Shown one piece after another: positions 9,006 to 17,944 of a DNA stretch of 64,000 nt. The notes below the pieces were generated by a model, which saw only the letters and a program-made list of their open reading frames with translations, searched no databases and had not been told where the DNA came from. Both the position numbers and the translations under genes were made by a program. Position 1 is the first letter of the stretch; every line of letters starts with the position of its first letter. Source of the DNA: an uncultured delta proteobacterium (GTDB lineage Bacteria > Desulfobacterota > Desulfobacteria > Desulfobacterales > B30-G6); contig CAWGLD010000007.1 in assembly GCA_963823335.1 (NCBI GenBank), positions 224,001 to 288,000 of the forward strand, given 5' to 3'.

Positions 9006-10918
9006 GTAGAGTCGAGGATGGGCGCGGTAGCCATTGCCCCGTTTCCCATCCCCGCTCATCAAACCGGACGTGCGGAGCTACCGCATCCGGCTTTCCGACT
9101 GGCTTCACCTTAAGGCACACGCCGTGTAGCATATTTCCTCGGCCTGGGTAACATAACACCAAGGTCACCAAAGACTTTCTCCGAAGGAAACTGATGGATG
9201 CCTCGCGAATGCACTTTATGCCGACTGACCAGGAAGCGCCTTACACGGTTGTAGACATTGCGCTCAACAGCACGGTACGCAATCTGTGTGGTACCATAGC
9301 AAAAGTAAGTACACCATCCACGCAATAGGACATTCAGCCGGTCACAAACATCCGGCCACGCACCCTTCTCACCGGGTCTAAGCATGATTTTTACCTTCTG
9401 CTTCAACCGTTTTACGCTTGTTTTCGATGGACTGGCTCCAGTGTACCACGTCCCTTTCTTCCGAAACCATATGCGGCCAAAAGTGTAACCAAGAAAATCA
9501 AAATTGCCCCTGCAGGCATCTCTGACAACGGTCTTATCCTGATTCAGCTTCAGTCCCAGTCTATCCATAACGGCACTGGTCCACTGCAAAGCTTCATCAG
9601 CTTTGCCATGACTCAGAATAACAAAATCGTCGGCATAAGAGACAACATGGGCACGGAATACTTCGTTACACCCTTTAACACGCCAGAATTTCAGAAAGCG
9701 GTTCATGTACAAATTCGCCAAAAGAGGACTGATCACACCGCCCTGCGGTGTCCCTTTCTTGCTTTTGCGGCCACCGCTCATCTGCCCTCGACCATCTTTG
9801 TCTCGATTCTCGACCGGTGCTTTAAGCCAGAGATTGATCAGCCGGAGCACATGACGATCCACAATCCTGCGAGCTACACATTGCATCAGCTCGTTGTGTG
9901 GAATCGTATCAAAATACTTCGACAAATCTGCATCAACAACATCTGTATACCCTTTGCAGAGTAGTTCATGGACCTTACGGATCGCATCCAAGGCACTACG
10001 CTTTGGACGGTAACCGTATGCATTGGGTTCCAGATCTGCCTCAAAGATCGGTTCGAGAACGAGCTTGGCGGCTGTTTGAATCACCCGGTCCCGTATGGTC
10101 GGTATCCCTAAAGGACGCCATCCACCACCCGGTTTAGGGATCTTCACGCGTAAAACTGATTGAGGACGGTACGCCTTTGTGCGCAGCTCCTCCCTGATCC
10201 CAAACAACCACTCATCCACTCCCCCCGACTCTACTTGCTTGAACGTCATCCCATCCACACCCGCAGAACCCCCGTTGGTTTTAGCCAATCGATAGGCGTG
10301 GTTCAGAATGTCAGTCCGATATATCTTGTCGTAGAGCAGATAGAAGCGAAAGTCTGGTTCCGCCTTCGCCTTAAGATAAAGCTTTCTCTGGAAAGTCCGA
10401 ATCTTATCTGGTGTTTGTAGGCTCATCGCCAATCACCTCTTCTCGTCTCCTTTAAAAGCACGCCAGAAGCAAGGGTCCTTCCCTCCACCGGCATTACCCG
10501 GCATCACAGGTAATATGACCCTCTCCGACTCCCGCCTGAATCAACACACGATCGTGTTGTTACGGATCGCAACTCCGTACCCAGGACGGGTCTCCCACGT
10601 TGCCCAAGACACCTTCCTGACATGCTGTCCCCATTACCCCGGTGGATCGAGATGGGCTGGTCGGTTACGTCCCTATCCCGCTTCGGCCTTCCCCGAATCT
10701 TGGGCGGGTCGGCATCCACAACTGTCCTTTCGGGGCCTGCTCAGGGTTCACTCGCGTTACTGCCTGCCAGGTTGCTGCAGCCCTATAGGCTTACATTTGT
10801 CCCCAGAGCTTCAGCAGGAAGGTCTCCCTGTCCCACTGTCTGGGTAGCTACCGGGATGAACCGATAATTTCCCGGACGGAACTTTCATCCGTTGGTGTAT
10901 TGCGCCCTCGTGGCGCAC
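9006..10918 (-). mobile_element. Group II intron (about 1.9 kb, apparently full length)
   Basis: 5' GUGCG at 10918; domain V (AGCCGGAUGCGGUAGCUCCGCACGUCCGGUUU, about 9061-9093) and domain VI ending ...CUCUAC at 9006; contains an RT ORF. Confidence 0.9.
9110..10432 (-). CDS. ltrA: group II intron reverse transcriptase/maturase (no endonuclease domain)
   Basis: RPLGIPTIRDR, DADLSKYFDTIPH, GTPQGGVISPLLANLY, YADD, FDFLGYTF and an X domain; 440 aa, no HNH. Confidence 0.95.
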   Translation of the reverse strand: MAMSLQTPDKIRTFQRKLYLKAKAEPDFRFYLLYDKIYRTDILNHAYRLAKTNGGSAGVDGMTFKQVESGGVDEWLFGIREELRTKAYRPQSVLRVKIPKPGGGWRPLGIPTIRDRVIQTAAKLVLEPIFEADLEPNAYGYRPKRSALDAIRKVHELLCKGYTDVVDADLSKYFDTIPHNELMQCVARRIVDRHVLRLINLWLKAPVENRDKDGRGQMSGGRKSKKGTPQGGVISPLLANLYMNRFLKFWRVKGCNEVFRAHVVSYADDFVILSHGKADEALQWTSAVMDRLGLKLNQDKTVVRDACRGNFDFLGYTFGRIWFRKKGTWYTGASPSKTSVKRLKQKVKIMLRPGEKGAWPDVCDRLNVLLRGWCTYFCYGTTQIAYRAVERNVYNRVRRFLVSRHKVHSRGIHQFPSEKVFGDLGVMLPRPRKYATRRVP

Positions 10919-11086
10919 CAAGATCTTGTGGTTGCAATGTTTCCATTGTTTGCAAGCCACAGATCGTGGTATCAATAATTTAACATAATGGTAATGTTCT
11001 CCTCATCGCTTTAAACCACGTCATAAGCAATAGGATCTGTAAAATATAATACAGGACAGACTTCATAGAATCCAAAGGGGGTTGAT

Positions 11087-11578
11087 ATGGAAAGTGCAGT
11101 AAGGAAAATATTTATATTGGCAATCATCTCAATAGTGAGCTTTATCTTCACTATTCCAGTTTCAGCAGAGGACATTGAGGAGACCGTCAAATACAAAGCA
11201 CCAACTCTGGATCAGACACTTGGCTTCATCCAGGAAATGACATCGGGAACGTTAGGTTTTGAAGAGGGCGAATGCATACTGATCACCAGTGCTGTAATAA
11301 ACAGGGCTACCTTTGAATATAGAATACCGCTAAAGGAGATCAACCCAAGTCCAGGATCTGTAAAACAGCGCCTGACCTATGTTGACGTTGCCGTGGATAA
11401 CTATAAAAATAAAATTCAGCGCATAGGCAAAGATGGGAAAGAGGAATGGAAAAGCAAAGTGAGTATATGGACTGAAAACGAGTTGTCTGCTAAGCAGGTA
11501 GCAAATGCCTTGCGTTATTTGATCAGCATTTGTGGTGGAAAGACTTGTGTCGATTGTGATCCTTTTCCGTGGCAATAA
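11087..11578 (+). CDS. secreted hypothetical protein
   Basis: RBS ggggg; N-terminal signal peptide (VSA-E); Cys-rich C-terminus. Confidence 0.75.
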   Translation: MESAVRKIFILAIISIVSFIFTIPVSAEDIEETVKYKAPTLDQTLGFIQEMTSGTLGFEEGECILITSAVINRATFEYRIPLKEINPSPGSVKQRLTYVDVAVDNYKNKIQRIGKDGKEEWKSKVSIWTENELSAKQVANALRYLISICGGKTCVDCDPFPWQ

Positions 11579-11662
11579 AGATGATACCATATATTGGGGG
11601 TCTTAAGATCAAGATAAACTGGAGACTTCTAACGTAAATCAATTACCTCGCACCGTGGATGT

Positions 11663-11835
11663 CTCCAACAAAAACAAGGTTATCAACCCCCTAAAAATTT
11701 ACCGGTGTGCGAAAATAATCACAATAGCCCAAATCTTGCATTGGTAGGATCTCCCATGGTACCGTGGGCATGACCAGATGGTATCTGACATTTTCACCCA
11801 TTTTCGGAAAACTGTGGTTATCTCCATATATCGGT
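11663..11835 (+). repeat. Cassette-delimiting repeat copy R7
   Basis: ctccaacaaaaacaaggttatcaaccccctaaaaatttaccggtgtgcgaaaataatcacaa...atggtatc...tctccatatatcgg. Confidence 0.92.
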
Positions 11836-12171
11836 AACGCAGCACCTTTGGGTTTTCTGAATATATTGGCCTTTTTAAACGTCCAAAAAACTCATTTCTT
11901 GACCAATCCCCACAGGTCATGTATGTATCTTATATTGCACCCAAATCTCACCTGATCTGAAGCAGCGTCTCCATAACTGGACCTGAACTGACCTGATTCT
12001 CAATCTGTCCGTACCTTTCTCTTCGTATCATCTTATCTTAACCGCAACCTAATGAACTGAAGGCGATCTCCATGCCCACTAAAGAAAATATCACACGAAC
12101 CATTTAAACCAAGATATTCGATAAACAGGGCACTATTCTACAGTTCAAGAAATGAAAAAGCGGAGGCAATT

Positions 12172-13284
12172 ATGAAAACCACAATTCTTCTAAGTCTAAT
12201 AGGCATAATTATATCGTTAGGTTGTGGCATGACGGCGGCTCAGGCCGAGATCAAGGTTGGTATCGCCGGGCCTTTGTCCGGCAGCTCACTCACTGCGGGC
12301 GAGCAGCAGGAAATCGGCGCTCAAAAGGCGTTCGAACATCTGAATAACAAAGGCGGCGTTCTTGGCAAAGAAATTGTTGTCATCTCAGTGGACGATGCGT
12401 GCGAGCCCCGACAAGCCAAGGCGGTGGCGCGGCAGCTGGTGAGCGAGGGCGTTGTTTTTGTTCTCGGGCACCTTTGTTCCGCCTGTTCCCTTGCCGCCAG
12501 CAAGATTTATGAAGAGGCCGGGGTCATCATGATCTCACCGGCTTCGACCAATCCCAAGGTCACCGAGGAAGGGGGTCCCAATGTATTTCGGGCGATAGGC
12601 CGCGACGATCAGCAAGGCACCATCGCCGGCGACTACCTGGCCGACCATCACGGTAACAGCAAGATTGCCATCATCCACGACGGTCAAGCCTATGGCTTGG
12701 GCCTGGCAGAGTTTACAAAACAGCAGCTGAACAAACGCGGCGTTACCGAGGTTATGTTCGATAGTTACACCGCGGATCAAAAGGATTACAAGTTGATAAT
12801 AAACAAACTCGTCAACAATAAAATAGAGGTTCTCTATGCCGGCGGTTATCTATTGGATATTGGAATTATTATTCGTCAGGCCAAAAAAGAGCTGCCCAAT
12901 CTTCGCTTGTTTTCTGGCGACTCTCTGGTGGATGTCCAGTTCCTGTACGTTGCGGGCGAAGCAGGCGAAGGTACCTATTTTACCTTTGGCCCGGATATGC
13001 GTTTAATGCCGGAGGCCCAAGACGTCGCTGCCGCTATTCGCGAAGAGGATGCTTACGAGCCAGACGGTTATACCTTGTATAGCTACGGCGCTGTTCAAGC
13101 CTGGGCGCAGGCCGTTGAACAAGCGGGTTCCTTGACACCGAAGGCTGTCATCAATGCCTTGAGAACCGGTAGTTTTGACACCGTGCTCGGTAAGATTGGC
13201 TTTGATGAAAAGGGCGATATTACCGGTATGAGCACCTTTGTCTGGTATGTCTTCGACAAGGAAAACTACTCGCCAGTAAAATGA
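12172..13284 (+). CDS. LivJ/LivK-like branched-chain amino acid periplasmic binding protein
   Basis: IKVGIAGPLSG, DDACEP.QA..VA, GH.CS, SPASTNP..TE, GRDDQQG, HDGQAYG.GLA. Confidence 0.92.
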   Translation: MKTTILLSLIGIIISLGCGMTAAQAEIKVGIAGPLSGSSLTAGEQQEIGAQKAFEHLNNKGGVLGKEIVVISVDDACEPRQAKAVARQLVSEGVVFVLGHLCSACSLAASKIYEEAGVIMISPASTNPKVTEEGGPNVFRAIGRDDQQGTIAGDYLADHHGNSKIAIIHDGQAYGLGLAEFTKQQLNKRGVTEVMFDSYTADQKDYKLIINKLVNNKIEVLYAGGYLLDIGIIIRQAKKELPNLRLFSGDSLVDVQFLYVAGEAGEGTYFTFGPDMRLMPEAQDVAAAIREEDAYEPDGYTLYSYGAVQAWAQAVEQAGSLTPKAVINALRTGSFDTVLGKIGFDEKGDITGMSTFVWYVFDKENYSPVK

Positions 13285-13362
13285 TCGGATTGACGAAATT
13301 CTCACCCGGTTTCATACAGGCCCGTAGCTCTTCAAGATGCAGACCAAGAAAATTGACGATAA

Positions 13363-15741
13363 ATGAATAGGTCAAACAAAGATACAAGAATGGGTGTTCG
13401 TGGGCGATTGATGCTTGCGTTTCTGGGCATATCCATGTTTTCACTTATCGCGGCGGTCTCAGGTTTGTATTCCCTGTCGCAGGTTGGCGGCGCACTCAGC
13501 AAGATCACTGATCAGCGCGTTCCCGAAGCGCTGTCCTGGCTGGAGCTGTCAAAACGCGTGGAAAGTCTCGTGCGTGCGGCACCCGCCTTGTTGGTAGTAG
13601 ACAACGATAACGCACGGGTCGAAGTCTCGAACGATATCGTCTCGCAAATCGCACAGCTTGAGCCGTTTTTGCAGCGTAACAGAAGCTTTGAGATAATAGA
13701 GGAAAAAGAATCGATGGCCGCAGTCCTGAGACTGGTCGCCGCCATGACCGATAACCTCGAGCGTCTAAATGAGCTTGTGAAAAAAAGGCTTTCCATTGTC
13801 GCGATCCAAAATAAACGGATTCGCGACCTGTCAATAGCCAATAGTGTAGCCAAAAGAATGCTGGCGCCTGGTGAGCGCATACTCAATGCCCAGATGATGG
13901 ATTGGAGCAGACGCAAGGAAACCGCCGAAGCAAATCTATCGTCAAATGAAAAGTCGGATCTTGTAGATTCGATAATTGACTTGATCCCTCAACAACGGGC
14001 TGCACTACTGGTGGACTCCATTCACAATAGCCTCCTGAAAATCACAGATGCTGATAGCGCTGAACGTATCGATGTCTTGATATTTCCTCTGAAAAAATAT
14101 CTTGAAGAACTGTATGAGGTTTCTCTGGTCGTTTCAAAACGCGCAAAAAGACGTCTTGCAAAACAAATTGCGGTACTTGAGGGTCTGACTGTGGGCCCGA
14201 CAAGTCTTTCGCTGATCAGAGAAAATGAATTGGCCGTCATCGCCCAGGGCGAAGAGCTGTTGGCAGTCAACGTGCGACTGTCAAAGTTTTTGACCCACAG
14301 AGTAGAGTTTTTGGTAAAAAGCGCAAGTTCGGATATTGAGAAAGCGAACCTCCAGGCGGCAACGATACAGGCACTCAACCGCAATATTTTGATCGGCATC
14401 GCCGCTCTGAGCCTCGTGAGCTCCTTCCTCATCGTGTGGCTCTATGTCGGGCGTAATCTGATTGCCAGACTGACTGCACTAAGCGACAGCATGCTAGCGA
14501 TAGCTGGTGGCAACCTCAGGGCGCCTTTGCCGGAACCCGGCAGTGGTGACGAGATCGGCCGCATGGCAGAGTCCCTGGTCGTTTTTCGTGATACAGCAAT
14601 CGAAGTTGCAGAAAACAATTTGCGCGACATTGAAACGGCGCGTCGAAGACTGGTCGATGCCATCGAAAATTCATCCGAAGGATTCGCTTTCTTCGATCCT
14701 GATGACCGTCTGGTGCTTTGTAACACCCGGTATAGGGAATTGATTGACCCGAATACGGACATTGATATTGAACCGGGAACGGCGTTTGAGAATATCATTA
14801 GGAGTGCTGCCAAGAATGGACACATAGTTGATGCAGAGGACCGTATAGACGAGTGGGTTGCAGACCGTTTGGCGTTTCATCATGACCCAGGTGAACCACG
14901 GATTCAGCGACGTAAGGGTGGTCAGTGGCTTTTGATCACAGAACGCAAGACCGGGGATGGCGGAACGGTCGCCATTTACTCCGACATTACGGACCTGAAA
15001 CAGCACGAGGAGGAACTCACGGCAAAGTCGAACACGTTGGAAGAAACCAACAAGAGACTCAAAAAAGCCCAGGAACAAATCTCGAAATACCTCGATCCGA
15101 ATGTAACTGAAAAAATATTCAAGGGTGAATTTACAGCAGAGCTGTCTCACAAGCGAACAAAGTTGACGATGTTTTTTTCCGATATCAAGGATTTCACCCA
15201 ATTTACCGATGCGTCTGATCCTGAAGATGTGGCAAGGTTGCTCAATGAATACTTGGGGGAGATGGCTCAGATCGTCCGGACATGGGGTGGAACCATCCCG
15301 CAGTTTACCGGGGATAGCATTTATGCAATCTTTGGGGCACCTGATTCAAAGGGGAGCCGAAGAGATGCTTTGGCGTGTTTACGTATGGCGTTGGAGATGC
15401 AAATGAAGATGAAAACCCTTCGGGAGAAATGGTGGAACGAGGGTATCCAATTTCCTTTCGAAATCCGATGTGGTATTCATACGGGTATGGCCGATGTGGG
15501 CAATTATGGTTCCGAAGGATTTATGGAATATTCAGCCATCGGCCTGAACACAAATCTTGCTTCCCGCCTGGAACAAGCTTGTCAACCTGGTGAGATATAC
15601 CTATCACATACCTCGTGGGCTTTGGTTAAAGAAGAGATACCTTGCGAGGAAGTCGGCACTATTGAGGTTAAAGGGTTCCACTATCCCATTCAGACATACC
15701 GTGTTCTACAGAATGATGAGGAAATAGCTCTTGAAACTTGA
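13363..15741 (+). CDS. membrane sensor class III nucleotidyl cyclase (TM-periplasmic helical sensor-TM-HAMP-PAS-cyclase)
   Basis: Two TM segments, HAMP (DEIGRMAESL.VF), PAS (LVDAIE...EGFAFFD.DDRLVLCN.RY), cyclase (FSDIKDFT, GD, CGIHTG, NLASRLE). Confidence 0.9.
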   Translation: MNRSNKDTRMGVRGRLMLAFLGISMFSLIAAVSGLYSLSQVGGALSKITDQRVPEALSWLELSKRVESLVRAAPALLVVDNDNARVEVSNDIVSQIAQLEPFLQRNRSFEIIEEKESMAAVLRLVAAMTDNLERLNELVKKRLSIVAIQNKRIRDLSIANSVAKRMLAPGERILNAQMMDWSRRKETAEANLSSNEKSDLVDSIIDLIPQQRAALLVDSIHNSLLKITDADSAERIDVLIFPLKKYLEELYEVSLVVSKRAKRRLAKQIAVLEGLTVGPTSLSLIRENELAVIAQGEELLAVNVRLSKFLTHRVEFLVKSASSDIEKANLQAATIQALNRNILIGIAALSLVSSFLIVWLYVGRNLIARLTALSDSMLAIAGGNLRAPLPEPGSGDEIGRMAESLVVFRDTAIEVAENNLRDIETARRRLVDAIENSSEGFAFFDPDDRLVLCNTRYRELIDPNTDIDIEPGTAFENIIRSAAKNGHIVDAEDRIDEWVADRLAFHHDPGEPRIQRRKGGQWLLITERKTGDGGTVAIYSDITDLKQHEEELTAKSNTLEETNKRLKKAQEQISKYLDPNVTEKIFKGEFTAELSHKRTKLTMFFSDIKDFTQFTDASDPEDVARLLNEYLGEMAQIVRTWGGTIPQFTGDSIYAIFGAPDSKGSRRDALACLRMALEMQMKMKTLREKWWNEGIQFPFEIRCGIHTGMADVGNYGSEGFMEYSAIGLNTNLASRLEQACQPGEIYLSHTSWALVKEEIPCEEVGTIEVKGFHYPIQTYRVLQNDEEIALET

Positions 15742-16027
15742 AACTGAATTTAATAAATAGCAGTGTATTACAGCCAAATTATGCAGATCAAAATAGTGCG
15801 ATCCAACTCATCAACGGTGCAGGGGCCTTCTGAAAAGTTGTGATATCCACTTTCTTCTGGAAAAGCGATAAAACCTACCTGCCTTGACAGGTTGACATAA
15901 AGTAGATCTTCCTTGGATCTAACATGCCAATTTACGCGTCATTTCAGCCAGGTGCGTTACTCGCGGCTATCTTACGGATTCAAAATTTTAAAAGAACTAT
16001 GACCGGGAATGAACCTACCCAACTATT

Positions 16028-16252
16028 TTATTCCGCATTTAGCGAAAATACTTGAGCAAGGTTTGGCTCCTCCATTATGGAATCCAAATCTATGTGGCTA
16101 TTAAATATCACCGCTAAATAGACTCGGATCCCATCAGCGCGGGCTTGATCATACTCGCTCTCATAAATTATCTTCATGAGAATACCCTCCATTGCAATGC
16201 CCGTTTCAGCTTCTATTCTCTGTGCTGCCAAATACATGCGTTTCGCCTGCAA
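16028..16252 (-). CDS. small hypothetical protein downstream of the integrase (start uncertain)
   Basis: Open frame that extends upstream to an in-frame ATA just after a ggagg RBS, so the start codon may be mutated. Confidence 0.35.
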   Translation of the reverse strand: MQAKRMYLAAQRIEAETGIAMEGILMKIIYESEYDQARADGIRVYLAVIFNSHIDLDSIMEEPNLAQVFSLNAE

Positions 16253-16496
16253 GTCACTGATTTCAATAATTTCTTCTGATATTTCAAGTCCTCCTATTTA
16301 GTTTTTCCACCCCTCATAATCTCAAGAGCCAGATCCGGTCTAGGCGGCGGCAAACCAAAGCGTGGACCGCACATTATATTACTGACATTGACATTGCTTT
16401 CTGACACTCTCTTGCCATAGTAAATTCTTTAAACAGCTTTGCACAAGCTATCCGGTCCCGTAAGGGCACCTTATCTACCCCTATCCCAGAGAAGCC

Positions 16497-17624
16497 TTAT
16501 TTCTTTCCTGGACTCATGGTTTCATTAAAAATTTCACTAGCCACATCAGCTGCCCGTTTAAGTGCCTCATCTCTTAAGTGTGCATACCGCTGCGTCATTT
16601 TCGGATCTTTATGCGTGAGTAGTTTCTGCAGTGTATATATATCCACTTTACCGCTGGAAGCCATGAAGGAGGCATAAACATGCCTTAGGCCATGGAGCGG
16701 CCTGAATCCCTTCGGCAACCCTGCGGCGATTTTTATTTTATTTGTCGCCTTCCCAATATTTACCCTCTGGCGTCCCCCTCTCCCTGGGAATACATACTTG
16801 CTGGTTTTAGGATGTCCGTTTAAGAGCTTTCTGGTAGACTCGTTCATAGGGATAATCTGATCCGGCCCGCCTTTCGGATCCAAGATTTTAATAAATCCTC
16901 GCTCGAAATCAATATCTCTCCATTTTAATTTGAACATTTCACCGCGCCGCATACCGGTATAAAGAGCCATTTTCATCATAGGTCCGGCTTGGGCATGATT
17001 GTCATTCTCAATCGCTTGAAGGAGCTTCTTGAGTTGCTCCTGTGTCAGATCTTCAGTTTTCTGATTGTCGACAGATGGTATTTTGATACCAAATGAAAAA
17101 TTGCTACATAGTCCATGATCTGACCCGAATTTAACGATCCGCTTAAAGAGCTTTAAAACATGAGAAACGGTTTGGGGGGACCGTTTTTTCAAGAGCTTCA
17201 ATCGCAGACGGTCAACATCCAAAGGCAGAATCTCAGAGGGTTCTTTGTTACTAAATGATGGTTTTATGTGGAGATCATATTGACTGTTATATGTTTTCCA
17301 GCCCTTGAGGTGAGGATTCTGTTTTTTGTATTCTTGCCACAAGCGGTCGATGGTCCACTTACCCTCTTGGGCTTTCTTTTCTTTCTCCATCTTCTCTCTT
17401 TTTTCTTTTCTGGTAAGACGCTTCCCCTCTATAAGCTCTCCACGTATCCGAGCAGCCCTTGCCGGTGTCATGGCATCACGATATTGACATCCGACCTTAG
17501 TTTCGATAGTTTTGCCATCCAATTTATAGACCGCATAATATACGCGCTCTATTCCATGACGACCCTTACGAGTTTTTGTTCTAAAATAAATACCCGGATA
17601 CAGGGTCTTGATTCTTCCCTGCAT
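16497..17624 (-). CDS. tyrosine recombinase (phage/island integrase)
   Basis: Catalytic R (TGMRRGE), K (PKGG), HxxR (HGLRH), H (LLTH) and Y (TQRYAH) all present; N-terminal arm-binding-like region; no obvious IntI-specific insertion. Confidence 0.95.
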   Translation of the reverse strand: MQGRIKTLYPGIYFRTKTRKGRHGIERVYYAVYKLDGKTIETKVGCQYRDAMTPARAARIRGELIEGKRLTRKEKREKMEKEKKAQEGKWTIDRLWQEYKKQNPHLKGWKTYNSQYDLHIKPSFSNKEPSEILPLDVDRLRLKLLKKRSPQTVSHVLKLFKRIVKFGSDHGLCSNFSFGIKIPSVDNQKTEDLTQEQLKKLLQAIENDNHAQAGPMMKMALYTGMRRGEMFKLKWRDIDFERGFIKILDPKGGPDQIIPMNESTRKLLNGHPKTSKYVFPGRGGRQRVNIGKATNKIKIAAGLPKGFRPLHGLRHVYASFMASSGKVDIYTLQKLLTHKDPKMTQRYAHLRDEALKRAADVASEIFNETMSPGKK

Positions 17625-17720
17625 TGCACCTCCAATTTTTGTAGGTATGGACTTACGGCTGGAAAATTCAATAGGACAAATAAAAGCTAAAAACTAAATG
17701 AATAGAGGTTGAAACCATAT

Positions 17721-17742
17721 TTTTCCAACCACTTTTCCAACC
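17721..17742 (+). repeat. tandem 10-bp direct repeat TTTTCCAACC, putative integrase arm-type sites
   Basis: Two copies (17721-17730, 17733-17742) between the integrase start and the tRNA fragment. Confidence 0.55.
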
Positions 17743-17867
17743 TAAAAGGACTATATCAGATTATAAAAAATTATGTCAATATTTTTTAATTTGATTATTA
17801 TCTCTTATTTATAGGTAGTTAAGTATTAGAAGTTATAAAAGAGTACAATAACAAAATGTATATATTT

Positions 17868-17917
17868 TCAGCCTCCGGAGCTGAAGGTCGCGCGCTCAAC
17901 TTGCGCCGGGCGTACCA
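17868..17917 (+). tRNA. degenerate 3' half of tRNA-Arg(CCG); island attachment site (attR-like)
   Basis: Anticodon arm tcagc-ctCCGga-gctga, mutated T-arm gcgcg-ctcaact-tgcgc, acceptor 3' strand and CCA; 5' half absent. Confidence 0.82.
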
Positions 17918-17944
17918 TAATAACAAAAAGGACTTATGATTATT

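Noticed and set aside
9110-10432. RT as a retron, DGR or CRISPR-associated RT
   Set aside because: It sits within clear group II intron boundaries with domains V and VI and a maturase X domain; no TR/VR pair or msr-msd was seen.
344-11835. Cassette repeats as a CRISPR array
   Set aside because: Repeats are ~170 bp and divergent, they are separated by whole genes, and there are no cas genes in the window.
17868-17917. Functional tRNA-Arg gene
   Set aside because: The 5' acceptor strand and D-arm are missing and the T-loop is mutated.
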